Both the position numbers and the translations under genes were made by a program. DNA of 64,000 bases from a bacterium. Its GTDB lineage: Bacteria; Patescibacteriota; Minisyncoccia; Phycocordibacterales; JABMNX01. Where the stretch lies: the NCBI GenBank assembly GCA_002687905.1, contig NZBM01000015.1:2811-66810 (forward strand), in the 5' to 3' direction. Positions 48,515-58,341 of this stretch are shown piece after piece. Below the pieces are notes generated by a model, which saw nothing but the letters and a program-made list of their open reading frames with translations, ran no database searches and was not told the DNA's origin. Position 1 is the first letter of the stretch. Every line of letters starts with the position of its first letter.

Positions 48515-49462
48515 ATGGAAAATAAGATACTAATTTCTGCTCCCTACATGTACAGGGAAATGGAAAAGATAAAGGAAATGCTCAAGGACTACCCTTTTGA
48601 TGTGGATTGGATTCATGTTGAAGAGAGGCTTGAAGAGGAAGATTTACTCCCGGTAATTCATAAATATCAGGGAATTCTTTGTGGTGACGATAGAATTACA
48701 AAGAAAGTTATTGATAAAGCAGAAAAGCTCAAAGCTATTGTTAAGTGGGGGACAGGGATTGATTCAATAGACAAGGAGTATGCGGAAACAAAAGGTATTA
48801 CTGTATTTAGAACTCCAGGAGCATTCACCGAGCCCGTATCAGATACAACCATTGCAATGATGCTAAACGAGGTACGTGGGCTTGTTAGAAATGATCGAGT
48901 GGTAAAAAGTGGAGAGTGGGAAAAACCCCAAAGCTACATGTTAAGGGAGAAAGTAATCGGAATAATTGGCTTTGGTGACATTGGCAAGGAGGTTACGAGA
49001 AAACTCAAGGCCTTCGGTCCGAAGGTACTAGTAAACGATATAAAAGAGATGGATCCCAAAATATTTAATGATTTGGATGTTGAACACACTTCAAAAGATG
49101 AGATTTATGAAAACTGCGACATTATTACAGTGCATTGTGATCTAAATCCTGAAAGTGAGCATGTTTTAAATAAGGAATCTTTCTCCAAGATGAAAAAGAA
49201 GCCGTACGTTATAAACAATGCGAGAGGTCCACTTATAAAAGAAGATGAGCTTGTTGAAGCACTGGAGAGTGGGCAAGTATCTGGGGCGGGACTCGATGTG
49301 TTTGAGGATGAGCCTCTACCGGTGGATTCGCCTCTTCGAAAAATGGATAACGTTATCGCGTCTTGTCACAATACAAACAGTAGCCCAATGTGCTGGGATG
49401 CAGTACATAAAAATTCACTCAATATGATGGTCGAAGGTCTTGATCTTAAAATGTCTAATTAA
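48515..49462 (+). CDS. D-isomer 2-hydroxyacid dehydrogenase (SerA-like, no ACT domain)
   Basis: WGTGIDSID, GFGDIG, INNARG, LDVFEDEP, H. Confidence 0.88.
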   Translation: MENKILISAPYMYREMEKIKEMLKDYPFDVDWIHVEERLEEEDLLPVIHKYQGILCGDDRITKKVIDKAEKLKAIVKWGTGIDSIDKEYAETKGITVFRTPGAFTEPVSDTTIAMMLNEVRGLVRNDRVVKSGEWEKPQSYMLREKVIGIIGFGDIGKEVTRKLKAFGPKVLVNDIKEMDPKIFNDLDVEHTSKDEIYENCDIITVHCDLNPESEHVLNKESFSKMKKKPYVINNARGPLIKEDELVEALESGQVSGAGLDVFEDEPLPVDSPLRKMDNVIASCHNTNSSPMCWDAVHKNSLNMMVEGLDLKMSN

Positions 49463-49466
49463 AAGC

Positions 49467-50423
49467 ATGGAGGACAAAGACATTGTTGTATATACAGGAC
49501 CAGAGGACAGCTTTCGTTTTGCTGAGAAGGTGCTTGGCGAGAAATTTAGTGTTGTGCGAGTGGAGCCAACCGAAGACTCTCTTTTTCCCAAGTTTGTGAA
49601 ATGCGTCGCCTTTCTTGACGCATCAATGAAAGTCCGTATACCAGCCGATCTCATCAATAAAGCGCAAAGTTTAAAACTTGTGGTCACTGCAACAACGGGG
49701 GCTGATCATATCGATAAAGACGCTCTTGGAAAGAGGCAGATTCCTCTTCTGACTCTAAAAGGAGAGACAGAGATTCTCAATAGTTTTAGCGGAGCGGCGG
49801 AACTGTCATGGCTTTTCCTTATGGCATGTGCGCGAAAATTTCGCGGAGCATTAGATCATGTCCAGGATGGAAAATGGGAGCGAACAGAATTTCCCGGAAT
49901 CATGCTAGCCAACAAAACTCTAGGAATAATCGGTATTGGTCGTCTTGGATCTTGGATGGCTCGGTATGGACACGCTTTTAAGATGAACGTACAAGCCCAC
50001 GACCCATTCGCGGAAACTTTTCCAGCCGAAGTTAAAAAAATTGACCTCGACACACTTCTTAAAACATCTGATTTTATCAGTGTTCACGTTCACCTTTCTG
50101 ACGATACACGCAACCTTTTAAGCGCGGATAAAATAGCGAAAATTAAGAAAGGCGCGTCACTTATTAATACCTCACGAGGGGAGATAGTTGACGAAGAGGC
50201 TCTTGTTGAAGCGCTTGAGAGAGGCGATATCGCAGCGGTTGGAGTTGATGTGCTAGCTGGCGAGCCGGAGATTGATAAAAATGTACTGTGGCAGTATTCA
50301 AAAACACACGAAAAAGTTCTTATTACCCCGCATATAGGAGGTTTTTGTCCTGAGTCGGTAGATCGAGTGGTTGAGTTTTCTGCAGAGCGCATTCTTAAGT
50401 ACTTCAATGAGGGGCAATCATGA
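49467..50423 (+). CDS. D-isomer 2-hydroxyacid dehydrogenase
   Basis: TGADHID, GIGRLG, INTSRG, DVLAGEP, TPHIGG. ATG at 49467. Confidence 0.88.
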   Translation: MEDKDIVVYTGPEDSFRFAEKVLGEKFSVVRVEPTEDSLFPKFVKCVAFLDASMKVRIPADLINKAQSLKLVVTATTGADHIDKDALGKRQIPLLTLKGETEILNSFSGAAELSWLFLMACARKFRGALDHVQDGKWERTEFPGIMLANKTLGIIGIGRLGSWMARYGHAFKMNVQAHDPFAETFPAEVKKIDLDTLLKTSDFISVHVHLSDDTRNLLSADKIAKIKKGASLINTSRGEIVDEEALVEALERGDIAAVGVDVLAGEPEIDKNVLWQYSKTHEKVLITPHIGGFCPESVDRVVEFSAERILKYFNEGQS

Positions 50424-52012
50424 GCATTAAGCCGCATATTAAGGAATTGGCCTCCGCACTGAGAGAAAAGGGAGTTCAGTATGCTTTTGGTGTGGCAGGG
50501 GGTGGCACAAGTCTTGAGCTGATTACTGCGCTCGCCGAGAGTGGTGTGAATTATTATCCTGTCTCGCACGAAGGAGCAGCCGCTCTTATGGCTGGTGCGT
50601 GCTGCTCAGATGGCAAGACTCGTGCAGTTGCTTTGTCGATTAAGGGCCCGGGATTGGTAAATATGGTCCCTGGAATAACTTCGAATTATTTTGAAAATCG
50701 CCCTTCTATTACGATTAGTGAGGCATATGATCCGCAGGCTCCAACGCACAAGATGCATAAACGAGCTCCTCATTATGAAATGATTCAGCCTATTTTAAAG
50801 GGTTTCGTAGGATCAGATGGGAAAAAGGAAACAATCTCCAATCTTGTTGCAGTCATGGAGAAAGAGGTGCCGGGCCCGGGGCATATAGAGCTCTACGGAG
50901 GGCCAGATGAGGCCGAACATACTTTTCTCGCGAGCATGGAAAGAGGTATGCGAAAGTCGGAAGTCAGCATTCCTTCTTCTGCGATGGAACACATCAGGCA
51001 GTCAAAACGCCCGGCACTTGTACTTGGCTCTATAGCTCAGCGGGCTTTTTCCGGCTTCGATTTTTCTTCGATTGGAATTCCGGTTGCAACAACCGCAGCA
51101 GCTAAAGGCTCAGTAGACGAATACTCTTCGTTGTCAGCGGGTATAGTAACTGGTGAGATCAAGGAGCTTTCCCCGGAAAGCACCGTTTTAGCACAGGCAG
51201 ACCTTATTGTTGGTATTGGTCTTCGCAATACCGAAGTGGTAGCTGCAAAACCGTTTGGTGCCCCACTTATAATTTTTGATGGCGAGGTAGATCAAGCTTT
51301 GCATGGTGGTTTTGAGGTGGAATCGGTTTACGCAGTACGAGATATAAACGGTTCAATTTTTAAAACTCTTTTTGAAGAGCTTTCAAAAAAAGAGTGGGGC
51401 AAAGATGAAATACAAAAATTGCGTTTACAACTTGAAAAGGAGCTTTTTGATTCAGACTTAATGCCGGCCACAGTCTTTAGAGTACTTCAGCAGAATATGA
51501 GCGAGGATGCGATACTAACACTTGATACAGGACTGTTTTGTGTTATCGGAGAAACTGTGTGGAAGGCACGAAGCACGAAACATTTTATTGGCAGCAGTGT
51601 GGGGCGTTTTATGGGGACTGGCATCCCCACTGCAATTGGTGTCTCTATCAGCAATCCCAACAATGATGTGGTATGCGTGATGGGGGATGGAGGAATTCGG
51701 CCATACCTTTCTGAAATACGACTTGCCGTCTCTGAACGTCTCCCGATACTCTTTGTTCTCATGTCGGATGGGCGTTATGGCAGTGTCGCTTTGGCTGGTC
51801 TTTCAAAAGATCTACATCCACGTGGTTTCGAAATTGAGGACACGGCGTGGCACAAAGTAGTCGGTCAACTTGGCTGTGAAAGCAAATCTATATCGAATGA
51901 GACAGAATTTACAGAAGCACTCAATATGTGGAAAAAAGCTAGCGGCCCACTCTTTTTAGGGCTTTCTTTCGATAAAGACAATTATTTAGCTATGACTAGT
52001 AAGCTTAGGTAG
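50420..52012 (+). CDS. Thiamine-diphosphate-dependent enzyme (acetolactate synthase-like fold)
   Basis: HEGAAALMA, KGPGLVN, MGTGIPTAIG, GDGG. Confidence 0.82.
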   Translation: MSIKPHIKELASALREKGVQYAFGVAGGGTSLELITALAESGVNYYPVSHEGAAALMAGACCSDGKTRAVALSIKGPGLVNMVPGITSNYFENRPSITISEAYDPQAPTHKMHKRAPHYEMIQPILKGFVGSDGKKETISNLVAVMEKEVPGPGHIELYGGPDEAEHTFLASMERGMRKSEVSIPSSAMEHIRQSKRPALVLGSIAQRAFSGFDFSSIGIPVATTAAAKGSVDEYSSLSAGIVTGEIKELSPESTVLAQADLIVGIGLRNTEVVAAKPFGAPLIIFDGEVDQALHGGFEVESVYAVRDINGSIFKTLFEELSKKEWGKDEIQKLRLQLEKELFDSDLMPATVFRVLQQNMSEDAILTLDTGLFCVIGETVWKARSTKHFIGSSVGRFMGTGIPTAIGVSISNPNNDVVCVMGDGGIRPYLSEIRLAVSERLPILFVLMSDGRYGSVALAGLSKDLHPRGFEIEDTAWHKVVGQLGCESKSISNETEFTEALNMWKKASGPLFLGLSFDKDNYLAMTSKLR

Positions 52013-52021
52013 AAGTTCAGC

Positions 52022-53020
52022 ATGAAGGCAAAACATATATTGGTAGTCGGAGCCGGTTCTGTTGGCAAGCGACACATGAAAAATTTTGTTTCTCTAGGAT
52101 CTACTGTTTCTGCGGTTGATCCGCGTTATGACAGACTTGAAGAAGCTTCAAAAGATATTCCTCTCAAGCATAGTTTTGAGACAATAGAATCTGCATTAGA
52201 AGATTCTAGGGAGTTTGATGGTGTGGCGATCTGCTCTCCAACCGCTTTTCATGTGAGTCAATCTGAGGCTGCGCTTAAGGCAGGTCTGCCGGTTTTGCTT
52301 GAAAAGCCAGTTGCCCCGACGCTTGTAGAGGCACAACGTCTCCAAGAAACACTCAAGAGAAACAAAGGGAAGCTTCTTCTTGGGTATACATATCGTTGGT
52401 GGCCACCTTTTGTTGAGTTCCGGAAACGTCTTCAGTCTGGAGAAATTGGGACAATAAGATATGTAGAATTTATGATGGGCGCGCATCTGGCTGATTGGCA
52501 TCCATGGGAGAGATATCAAGAATTTTTCATGTCGAGCAAAGAACTTGGAGGCGGAGCACTTCTTGATGAGAGTCACTTTCTAGACCTTCTGGTGTGGCTG
52601 TTTGGGATGCCCAAGTCTCTTTTTGCTCGCGTGGAGAAAATAAGTAATCTTGAGATCGAGACTGACGACAATGTAGATATTCTAGTTGACTATGCAAATG
52701 GCATGAGAGTTAGTCTCCACCTTGATCTCTACAGGAGACCTCATGAGCGCTATATTCGCGCGGTCGGGGATGGAGGCTCAATTGAGTGGAGTGTAGAACC
52801 GAATCGCGTGAGGGTTGCGATTGACGCAGAGCAGAAGTGGGATGAGAAGGCATTTCCCCAAGAGAGAAACTATATGTTCCTTGCTGTAGCAAAGGAGTTT
52901 CTTGCAATTATTGATGGATCTACTGAGCCAAGTTGTACGATTGATGATGGGGTTAAGGTAATGCAGCTTGTAGAAATAAGCAGGAAAAGCTCCAAAAAAA
53001 GAAAATCTTTTAATGTTTAA
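52022..53020 (+). CDS. Gfo/Idh/MocA oxidoreductase
   Basis: GAGSVGKRH, LEKP, GGGALLDESH. Confidence 0.88.
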   Translation: MKAKHILVVGAGSVGKRHMKNFVSLGSTVSAVDPRYDRLEEASKDIPLKHSFETIESALEDSREFDGVAICSPTAFHVSQSEAALKAGLPVLLEKPVAPTLVEAQRLQETLKRNKGKLLLGYTYRWWPPFVEFRKRLQSGEIGTIRYVEFMMGAHLADWHPWERYQEFFMSSKELGGGALLDESHFLDLLVWLFGMPKSLFARVEKISNLEIETDDNVDILVDYANGMRVSLHLDLYRRPHERYIRAVGDGGSIEWSVEPNRVRVAIDAEQKWDEKAFPQERNYMFLAVAKEFLAIIDGSTEPSCTIDDGVKVMQLVEISRKSSKKRKSFNV

Positions 53021-53597
53021 TTTACCGAAAGAAATAGTAATCCTTGATCTTGAAATAACCACATGGGAAGGAGCCATTCAGCGTAGATGGTCTGGAGAAG
53101 GGGAGCATATGGAAGTTATTCAGATGGGAGCTGCAAAAGTGGAGACTGATAATTTTGAGACATTAGATACGTTTAATTGTTTTGTTAGGCCGAGGGTAAA
53201 TCCTATACTTTCCGAGTACTGTAAGGAACTTACAGGAATTAAACAGGAACAAGTAGATAGCGCAGAAGAGTTTCCTGTGTTTATAAAGGAATTCGCCGAA
53301 TGGTGTGGGGACCTTAGTTTGTACTGTTATGGAAAGATAAAAAAAATACCAACTATGCTTGATAGGGAAGCAATTATTGAAAATTCCAAATTGGCTAGCA
53401 TTTCAAGTCCATTTACAGAAGATAAATTTAATAATATTAATCTCATTTTTCATAAGCACGGCTATAACGTCAGGCAGAGTGGATCAACCCCAGAGGCTTT
53501 TGGTCTTAAGCTTCAAAATAGACCACATAATGCGATGAATGATGTGAATGGACTTATCACAGGACTTAAAGCTCTAAAGAAAGCAGTTAGTAATTGA
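53013..53597 (+). CDS. DEDDh 3'-5' exonuclease-like protein (KapD/ERI-1-like)
   Basis: ILDLE, EVIQMGA, ELTGI.QEQVD.A, HNAMND. Confidence 0.8.
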   Translation: MFNLPKEIVILDLEITTWEGAIQRRWSGEGEHMEVIQMGAAKVETDNFETLDTFNCFVRPRVNPILSEYCKELTGIKQEQVDSAEEFPVFIKEFAEWCGDLSLYCYGKIKKIPTMLDREAIIENSKLASISSPFTEDKFNNINLIFHKHGYNVRQSGSTPEAFGLKLQNRPHNAMNDVNGLITGLKALKKAVSN

Positions 53598-53665
53598 CAA
53601 ACGAAATATTTGTTCTATATTTACTCTACCTTAAACCTTTTTGGATAAAAGACGTTTTATTTTGT

Positions 53666-54433
53666 ATGAAAAACATAGTTGCAATAATACCGGCCCGAAT
53701 GGGAAGTACCCGGTTCCCAGGCAAGCCGCTTGAGAAAATATGTGGAATGCCAATGATTGGGCATGTTTGGCATAGAGCCAAAATGAGCAATCGTCTCTCT
53801 GACGTCTATGTTGTTACGTATGACCAAGAGATAAAGGACTATGTGGAAAGCATAGGAGGAAAGGCGATCGTGGCCAAGGGCCGATATGAAAGGTGTCCCG
53901 ATTGTACTGCAGAAGCTCTTGAGACAATCGAGAAAGAGACCGGAAAAAAGGTGGACATTGTAGTTATGATACAAGGGGACGAGCCAATGCTTATCCCAGA
54001 GACTATAGACGCCGCATTAAAGCCAATAGAAGAAGATCCCACAGTTAATGTCGTGAATCTTTATACGGATCTTAAGACCAAAGAAGAACATGAAGACCCT
54101 AATGAACCCAAGGTAGTTGTAAACCCTAAAGGGGACGAGGCAGTATACTTTTCAAGAGAACCAATACCTTCCAGGAAATTGTATGTGGGAGACGTAGCTG
54201 CGTATAAGCAGGTGTGCATCATACCTTTTAGAAGGGATACACTTTTGCAATTCAGAGACATGGAGCGTACCCCTCTTGAGATAATAGAGGCAATAGACAT
54301 GCTGCGTTTTATTGAAAATGGGATGAAAGTGCATATGGTCTATCAAGACATTGATACGTATGCTGTGGACACTCCTAAGGATTTAGAGAAAGTTGAATCT
54401 ATCCTATCAAAAGAAAAACTCTCTTATCTCTAG
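53666..54433 (+). CDS. kdsB: CMP-Kdo synthetase-like cytidylyltransferase
   Basis: IPARMGSTRFPGKPL, QGDEP, YFSREPIP, LE..E.IDMLR, VDTPKDL. ATG at 53666. Confidence 0.85.
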   Translation: MKNIVAIIPARMGSTRFPGKPLEKICGMPMIGHVWHRAKMSNRLSDVYVVTYDQEIKDYVESIGGKAIVAKGRYERCPDCTAEALETIEKETGKKVDIVVMIQGDEPMLIPETIDAALKPIEEDPTVNVVNLYTDLKTKEEHEDPNEPKVVVNPKGDEAVYFSREPIPSRKLYVGDVAAYKQVCIIPFRRDTLLQFRDMERTPLEIIEAIDMLRFIENGMKVHMVYQDIDTYAVDTPKDLEKVESILSKEKLSYL

Positions 54434-54448
54434 AGGTTGTATACCGAC

Positions 54449-55699
54449 ATGAAAAGAACTATTTGCTTTACAGTAATTTATATTGGGGAGCTCAAATTTT
54501 TTGAGCGTTTTTTTTCGCATTTCGAGGATGAATATGACATTCATCTTTTATTTATTCGCCCTGATGATAACAAGAGGAGACAGATGATCGAATACAGCAA
54601 GGAAAATAGATACACCTTTACTGTCATAGACTATGATTTAGGCGGCAATAGGAGGGGAGAAAAAAGGATTCCGGTTGTGTCTGCATTGATCCGATATCGA
54701 AAGCATATCAAGAGCGCCAGAGCCTTTTTTAATAAGCACAATATAGGGCGTTTTGTTGGAGCAAAGATTTCTTTCACAAATCAGACTTTTTTTAGGGAAG
54801 CCAACTATCGTGGTATACAAACAGTGCTCGTACAACGCGGTCATCGCCCGCCGCTTGACTCATACGTTAGGATAAAGAAATTGAAGCCGTTAAAACGAAC
54901 TTACGCTTTCTTTATTGACCTAATGCGCAAAGTTATAGAGATGATCACATTTGGGCCTCGTTACGCATTTACAAGCATAATGCCAAGTAAAGTTGGGGCA
55001 ATAGGTGAAGAGGGAAAGACTGTTTTACCTGAACGCCATGGTTTTGATCCGAAAATAATCTCAGTTCTGGGAAGTTTTGAGCATCAGTGGATGATTGATC
55101 TTATGAAGAAGATAAAAAGCACCTCTGGTTATAGGAAAAATATCTTAAAGAAATATGGAATTGACGAGAAAAAGAAACAAATTTTACTTCTTTCGGGTCG
55201 TTATCAACATTACATAGACGCAAGAGAAAATTATACAAGAGAAGAAGAGTTAGAGATACTGCGTTATTTTGAGGATATTGTTAAAAATATAAAATCAGTT
55301 TTTTCTGATGACGAAATTCAGATTCATTTCACACTTCACCCCGCAGAGAAGAATATATATGAACCGCTTAAAAAGTACGGAGTCCAAATACACGGAATTC
55401 AATCAAAAATAGACGAGTTGATTGCTGTATCGGATCTGTATATTTCATACCCAGTAACAAGCGCTGCGTATATGGCAGTCGCAAGTGGAATTGACGCAAT
55501 CTTTATTAACTTCTCTCCACTCCAAGAGCTAAATAAGGTTGCGGGCGACTTCGGTATCACAAACGTGGTTACAGATAGAGAGGAGTTCAAAAATAAATTG
55601 GAGGACTTTAAGATGGGGGATTTAGAAAGACAATATGATCAGAATCATGTGGTAAAAAATTCTATTGACAACACTATAGATTTCATTAAAAGTTCATAG
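54449..55699 (+). CDS. Hypothetical GT-B-fold transferase-like protein
   Basis: LVQRG, LHPAE, DELIAVSDLYIS..TSAAYMA, plus glycan-locus context. Confidence 0.5.
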   Translation: MKRTICFTVIYIGELKFFERFFSHFEDEYDIHLLFIRPDDNKRRQMIEYSKENRYTFTVIDYDLGGNRRGEKRIPVVSALIRYRKHIKSARAFFNKHNIGRFVGAKISFTNQTFFREANYRGIQTVLVQRGHRPPLDSYVRIKKLKPLKRTYAFFIDLMRKVIEMITFGPRYAFTSIMPSKVGAIGEEGKTVLPERHGFDPKIISVLGSFEHQWMIDLMKKIKSTSGYRKNILKKYGIDEKKKQILLLSGRYQHYIDARENYTREEELEILRYFEDIVKNIKSVFSDDEIQIHFTLHPAEKNIYEPLKKYGVQIHGIQSKIDELIAVSDLYISYPVTSAAYMAVASGIDAIFINFSPLQELNKVAGDFGITNVVTDREEFKNKLEDFKMGDLERQYDQNHVVKNSIDNTIDFIKSS

Positions 55700-55702
55700 G
55701 TT

Positions 55703-56074
55703 ATGTATAAAAAGCACAAGAAAACAGAGAAGACTGTACCAGCTAGAATTCCAGGTTTCGGGTATTGGGGTGGAACAGGTATTACCCCGATAGGAATTAG
55801 CTACGGAGAAGCCCATGAAGAAGAAGAGCCTAAGGATCCCTTGCATTACAGAAAGAAAAGCAGAGTGTATTTCATCATTCTAAAAGGGACGCTTCTTTTA
55901 GAAATTGAGGGCGAGAGAAATGAATGCACAAATGAAATTGTCTATGAAATATTCCCAGAGACACCATATAGGGTATTGGGGTCTTTAAAAGGAGAATGCG
56001 TGTGGATTGCTATAAATACAGTAAATGATCCCGAGGACAAAGTAATTGTAGAGAAAAATGGAAAAGAGAAATAA
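55703..56074 (+). CDS. Cupin domain protein
   Basis: LHYRKKSRVYFIILKGTLLLEIEG and IFPETPYRV. Confidence 0.65.
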   Translation: MYKKHKKTEKTVPARIPGFGYWGGTGITPIGISYGEAHEEEEPKDPLHYRKKSRVYFIILKGTLLLEIEGERNECTNEIVYEIFPETPYRVLGSLKGECVWIAINTVNDPEDKVIVEKNGKEK

Positions 56075-57473
56075 GACAATTTTTATACTCATTAATCGCT
56101 CATTTTTGATACGAAATATTCTTCGTTCAGGAACACTCGAGCTTTTAAAGAAAAAAAGATATAACATTGTCATCTTTTTTGCAGCTCCTGTGCCGCAGTA
56201 TCTTCGGGACGAGTTTGAAGACGATCAGGTAAAACTACACGGCTTTGAGGTATCGCGAACAGGTAGATTGAGGCGTCTTTTTAACAAAACAAAGCGTTAT
56301 GTAATTGTTACGCGTAATACAAAATATAGTGCTAAATACATAAAGCTACTTGAAAATAACGGTTTGCCAAATAAGGAGAGGATAATATCAAGAAAAAAGA
56401 AACCTACTCACAGAATATACATAGAACTTGCCATTGCCTATATTCTAAGCGCAATTCCCCCACTTAAATTTTTCATACGGTGGGGTGAACCTTTTTTCTT
56501 TCCTGAGCACAGTAAGAGGCTCAAGGATTACTTTGATACGTATAAACCAGATCTTATATTCTCAACTTCAACTGGAGGCACTTTTGAGTATCCGTTTATA
56601 AAGGAAGCACGGCGACGTTCGGTCAAGACACTCTCAATACCGAAGAGCTGGGACAATATAAATAATGAATTTATACCACTTGTACCCGACCGGCTTGTAG
56701 TCCAAAACCATGCAAGTAGAAAATCAGCAGAAGATATTCAAAAAATACCCAGAGATCGTATTTCGGTTGTAGGGATGCCACATTTTGATTGGTATAAGAA
56801 AAAAGAAATTCTAAAATCAAGAAAGGAACATTTAGAGAGCAAGGGTCTTGATCCGGACCGAGCACTCATTTTCTTCGGCTCTGAAGGGATATGGGCGCCC
56901 AACGATCATTTAATTGCAGAGAAATTACAGGAATCTATTGAAAAAGATGAATTTGTAAAACCATGTCAGCTTCTGGTTCGTCCGCACTACAGCAATGTTA
57001 GAGAGGATGTATTCAAAAATCTTCGTGGGAAATCTTATGTATCAGTAGATTCTTTTCGTATTGTTGATTTTCTTATAGATAAGTGGGACCAGAGCCTTGA
57101 TGAGACCATAGATTTTGTAAATAGTGTTGCGCATTGTGACATGATGATCAGTATTGCCTCCTCACTTTCACTTGACGCAGCAGCGATGAATAAGCCTTCT
57201 ATAAGTCCTGGGTTCTGGGGAGAGTACGCGGGTGGTAAGGATGTGACCGGCTCAAAGCTCTACAGTACTGACCACGTGCACTGGCTCATGTCTTCTGGTG
57301 GAGTCTGGAAAGTAGATTCCTATGATGAACTAAAAAAGGCAATCAATGCATACCTTGAGAATCCAAAACTTCATGAGGAAGAGAGAAAACGCACGATTGA
57401 GAAACTTTGCTACAAGCTTGATGGAAAAGCTTCAGAAAGACTGGTAGAGGTAATAGAATCAATGTTTGTGTAG
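56058..57473 (+). CDS. GT-B-fold transferase, paralog of 32699
   Basis: KPDLIFST, KSWD, VGMPHFD, VRPH, SSLSLDA, DGKASERL. Confidence 0.65.
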   Translation: MEKRNKTIFILINRSFLIRNILRSGTLELLKKKRYNIVIFFAAPVPQYLRDEFEDDQVKLHGFEVSRTGRLRRLFNKTKRYVIVTRNTKYSAKYIKLLENNGLPNKERIISRKKKPTHRIYIELAIAYILSAIPPLKFFIRWGEPFFFPEHSKRLKDYFDTYKPDLIFSTSTGGTFEYPFIKEARRRSVKTLSIPKSWDNINNEFIPLVPDRLVVQNHASRKSAEDIQKIPRDRISVVGMPHFDWYKKKEILKSRKEHLESKGLDPDRALIFFGSEGIWAPNDHLIAEKLQESIEKDEFVKPCQLLVRPHYSNVREDVFKNLRGKSYVSVDSFRIVDFLIDKWDQSLDETIDFVNSVAHCDMMISIASSLSLDAAAMNKPSISPGFWGEYAGGKDVTGSKLYSTDHVHWLMSSGGVWKVDSYDELKKAINAYLENPKLHEEERKRTIEKLCYKLDGKASERLVEVIESMFV

Positions 57474-57476
57474 AAG

Positions 57477-58303
57477 CTACAGGTCAGAAACATCCCATCC
57501 TTCTTTCTTCAGGTTGTTTTCAATCCACCTGTTGTTGAAGTAGTTGTATCTATAGGGAGTGAAATCGTCTGATGTAGCTATGTGGTAACGACCAATTGCT
57601 ACAAATCTGAATCTATCAGTCTCATTGTTGCTCGATTTATGTATGGTAGTCATATACATTACTACTGCGTCACCCGCTTTAGCAGGTGTCTTTATCTGCT
57701 CGTATTTCTCAAGTATTGTCTCATCGATAAGGTTTTGAGTACTGCTTAGTTTTGAGTCTTTTTTTGACGCCACCCTGACAAAACCTTCTTTGTGTGATTC
57801 TTTTGCTATAACGAGTGCTCCACCATCACTCGGTACATCAAGCATCGGGATCCATACCACGAGTCCATTCGTTCCATCTCTGTTTTGTGGGTAATACGAT
57901 ATTTCCTGGTGCCAGCCATAGAGATTTCGAGTGTCTTTTGGGGCGTCCATTCTTTGTATATGTCCTGAATTTGATAGCTCCTCAATTTCTACACCAAGAA
58001 GTTCTGCAACTGTTTTAGGTACTTCCCCAGACGTGAAGATATTATCTAAAACAACACTTGATTGTGCAGAATCATAGAGGGCTCCAAAAGCGTCTGGATT
58101 TTCTTTGCGCAAGGAACCTAAAAGACTATGAAAATCTGTGTTATCTCTCAGGTTTCCACTTCTACCAAGAGAATTTGGCACCGCGGTAAAACGACTTAAG
58201 ATTGCCAAGGTATTTTTTAGAACCAGATCTAACCTCTCTTTCTCCACAACATTTTCAATAAGTACAAGCCGTCTTTTTTGAGTTTTTCTTTTACATCATC
58301 CAT
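57477..58303 (-). pseudogene. PhyH-family Fe(II)/2-oxoglutarate dioxygenase with an apparent 1-bp frameshift near 58267
   Basis: WHQE, VWIPMLD, GGAL....SH, GDAV, IHKS..N, R. ATG 58303 (TATAAT 6 nt upstream) reads MDDVKEKLKKDG and needs one extra T to continue FVLIENVVEKE in the main frame. This may be a sequencing error. Confidence 0.7.
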
Positions 58304-58341
58304 GTGCGCATTATATAGGAAACTGGTATAGTGTTTGTTCA

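Noticed and set aside
53666-54433. Evidence for LPS from kdsB
   Set aside because: No kdsA, waaA or lpx genes in the window, and KdsB-like enzymes also occur in non-LPS glycan loci.
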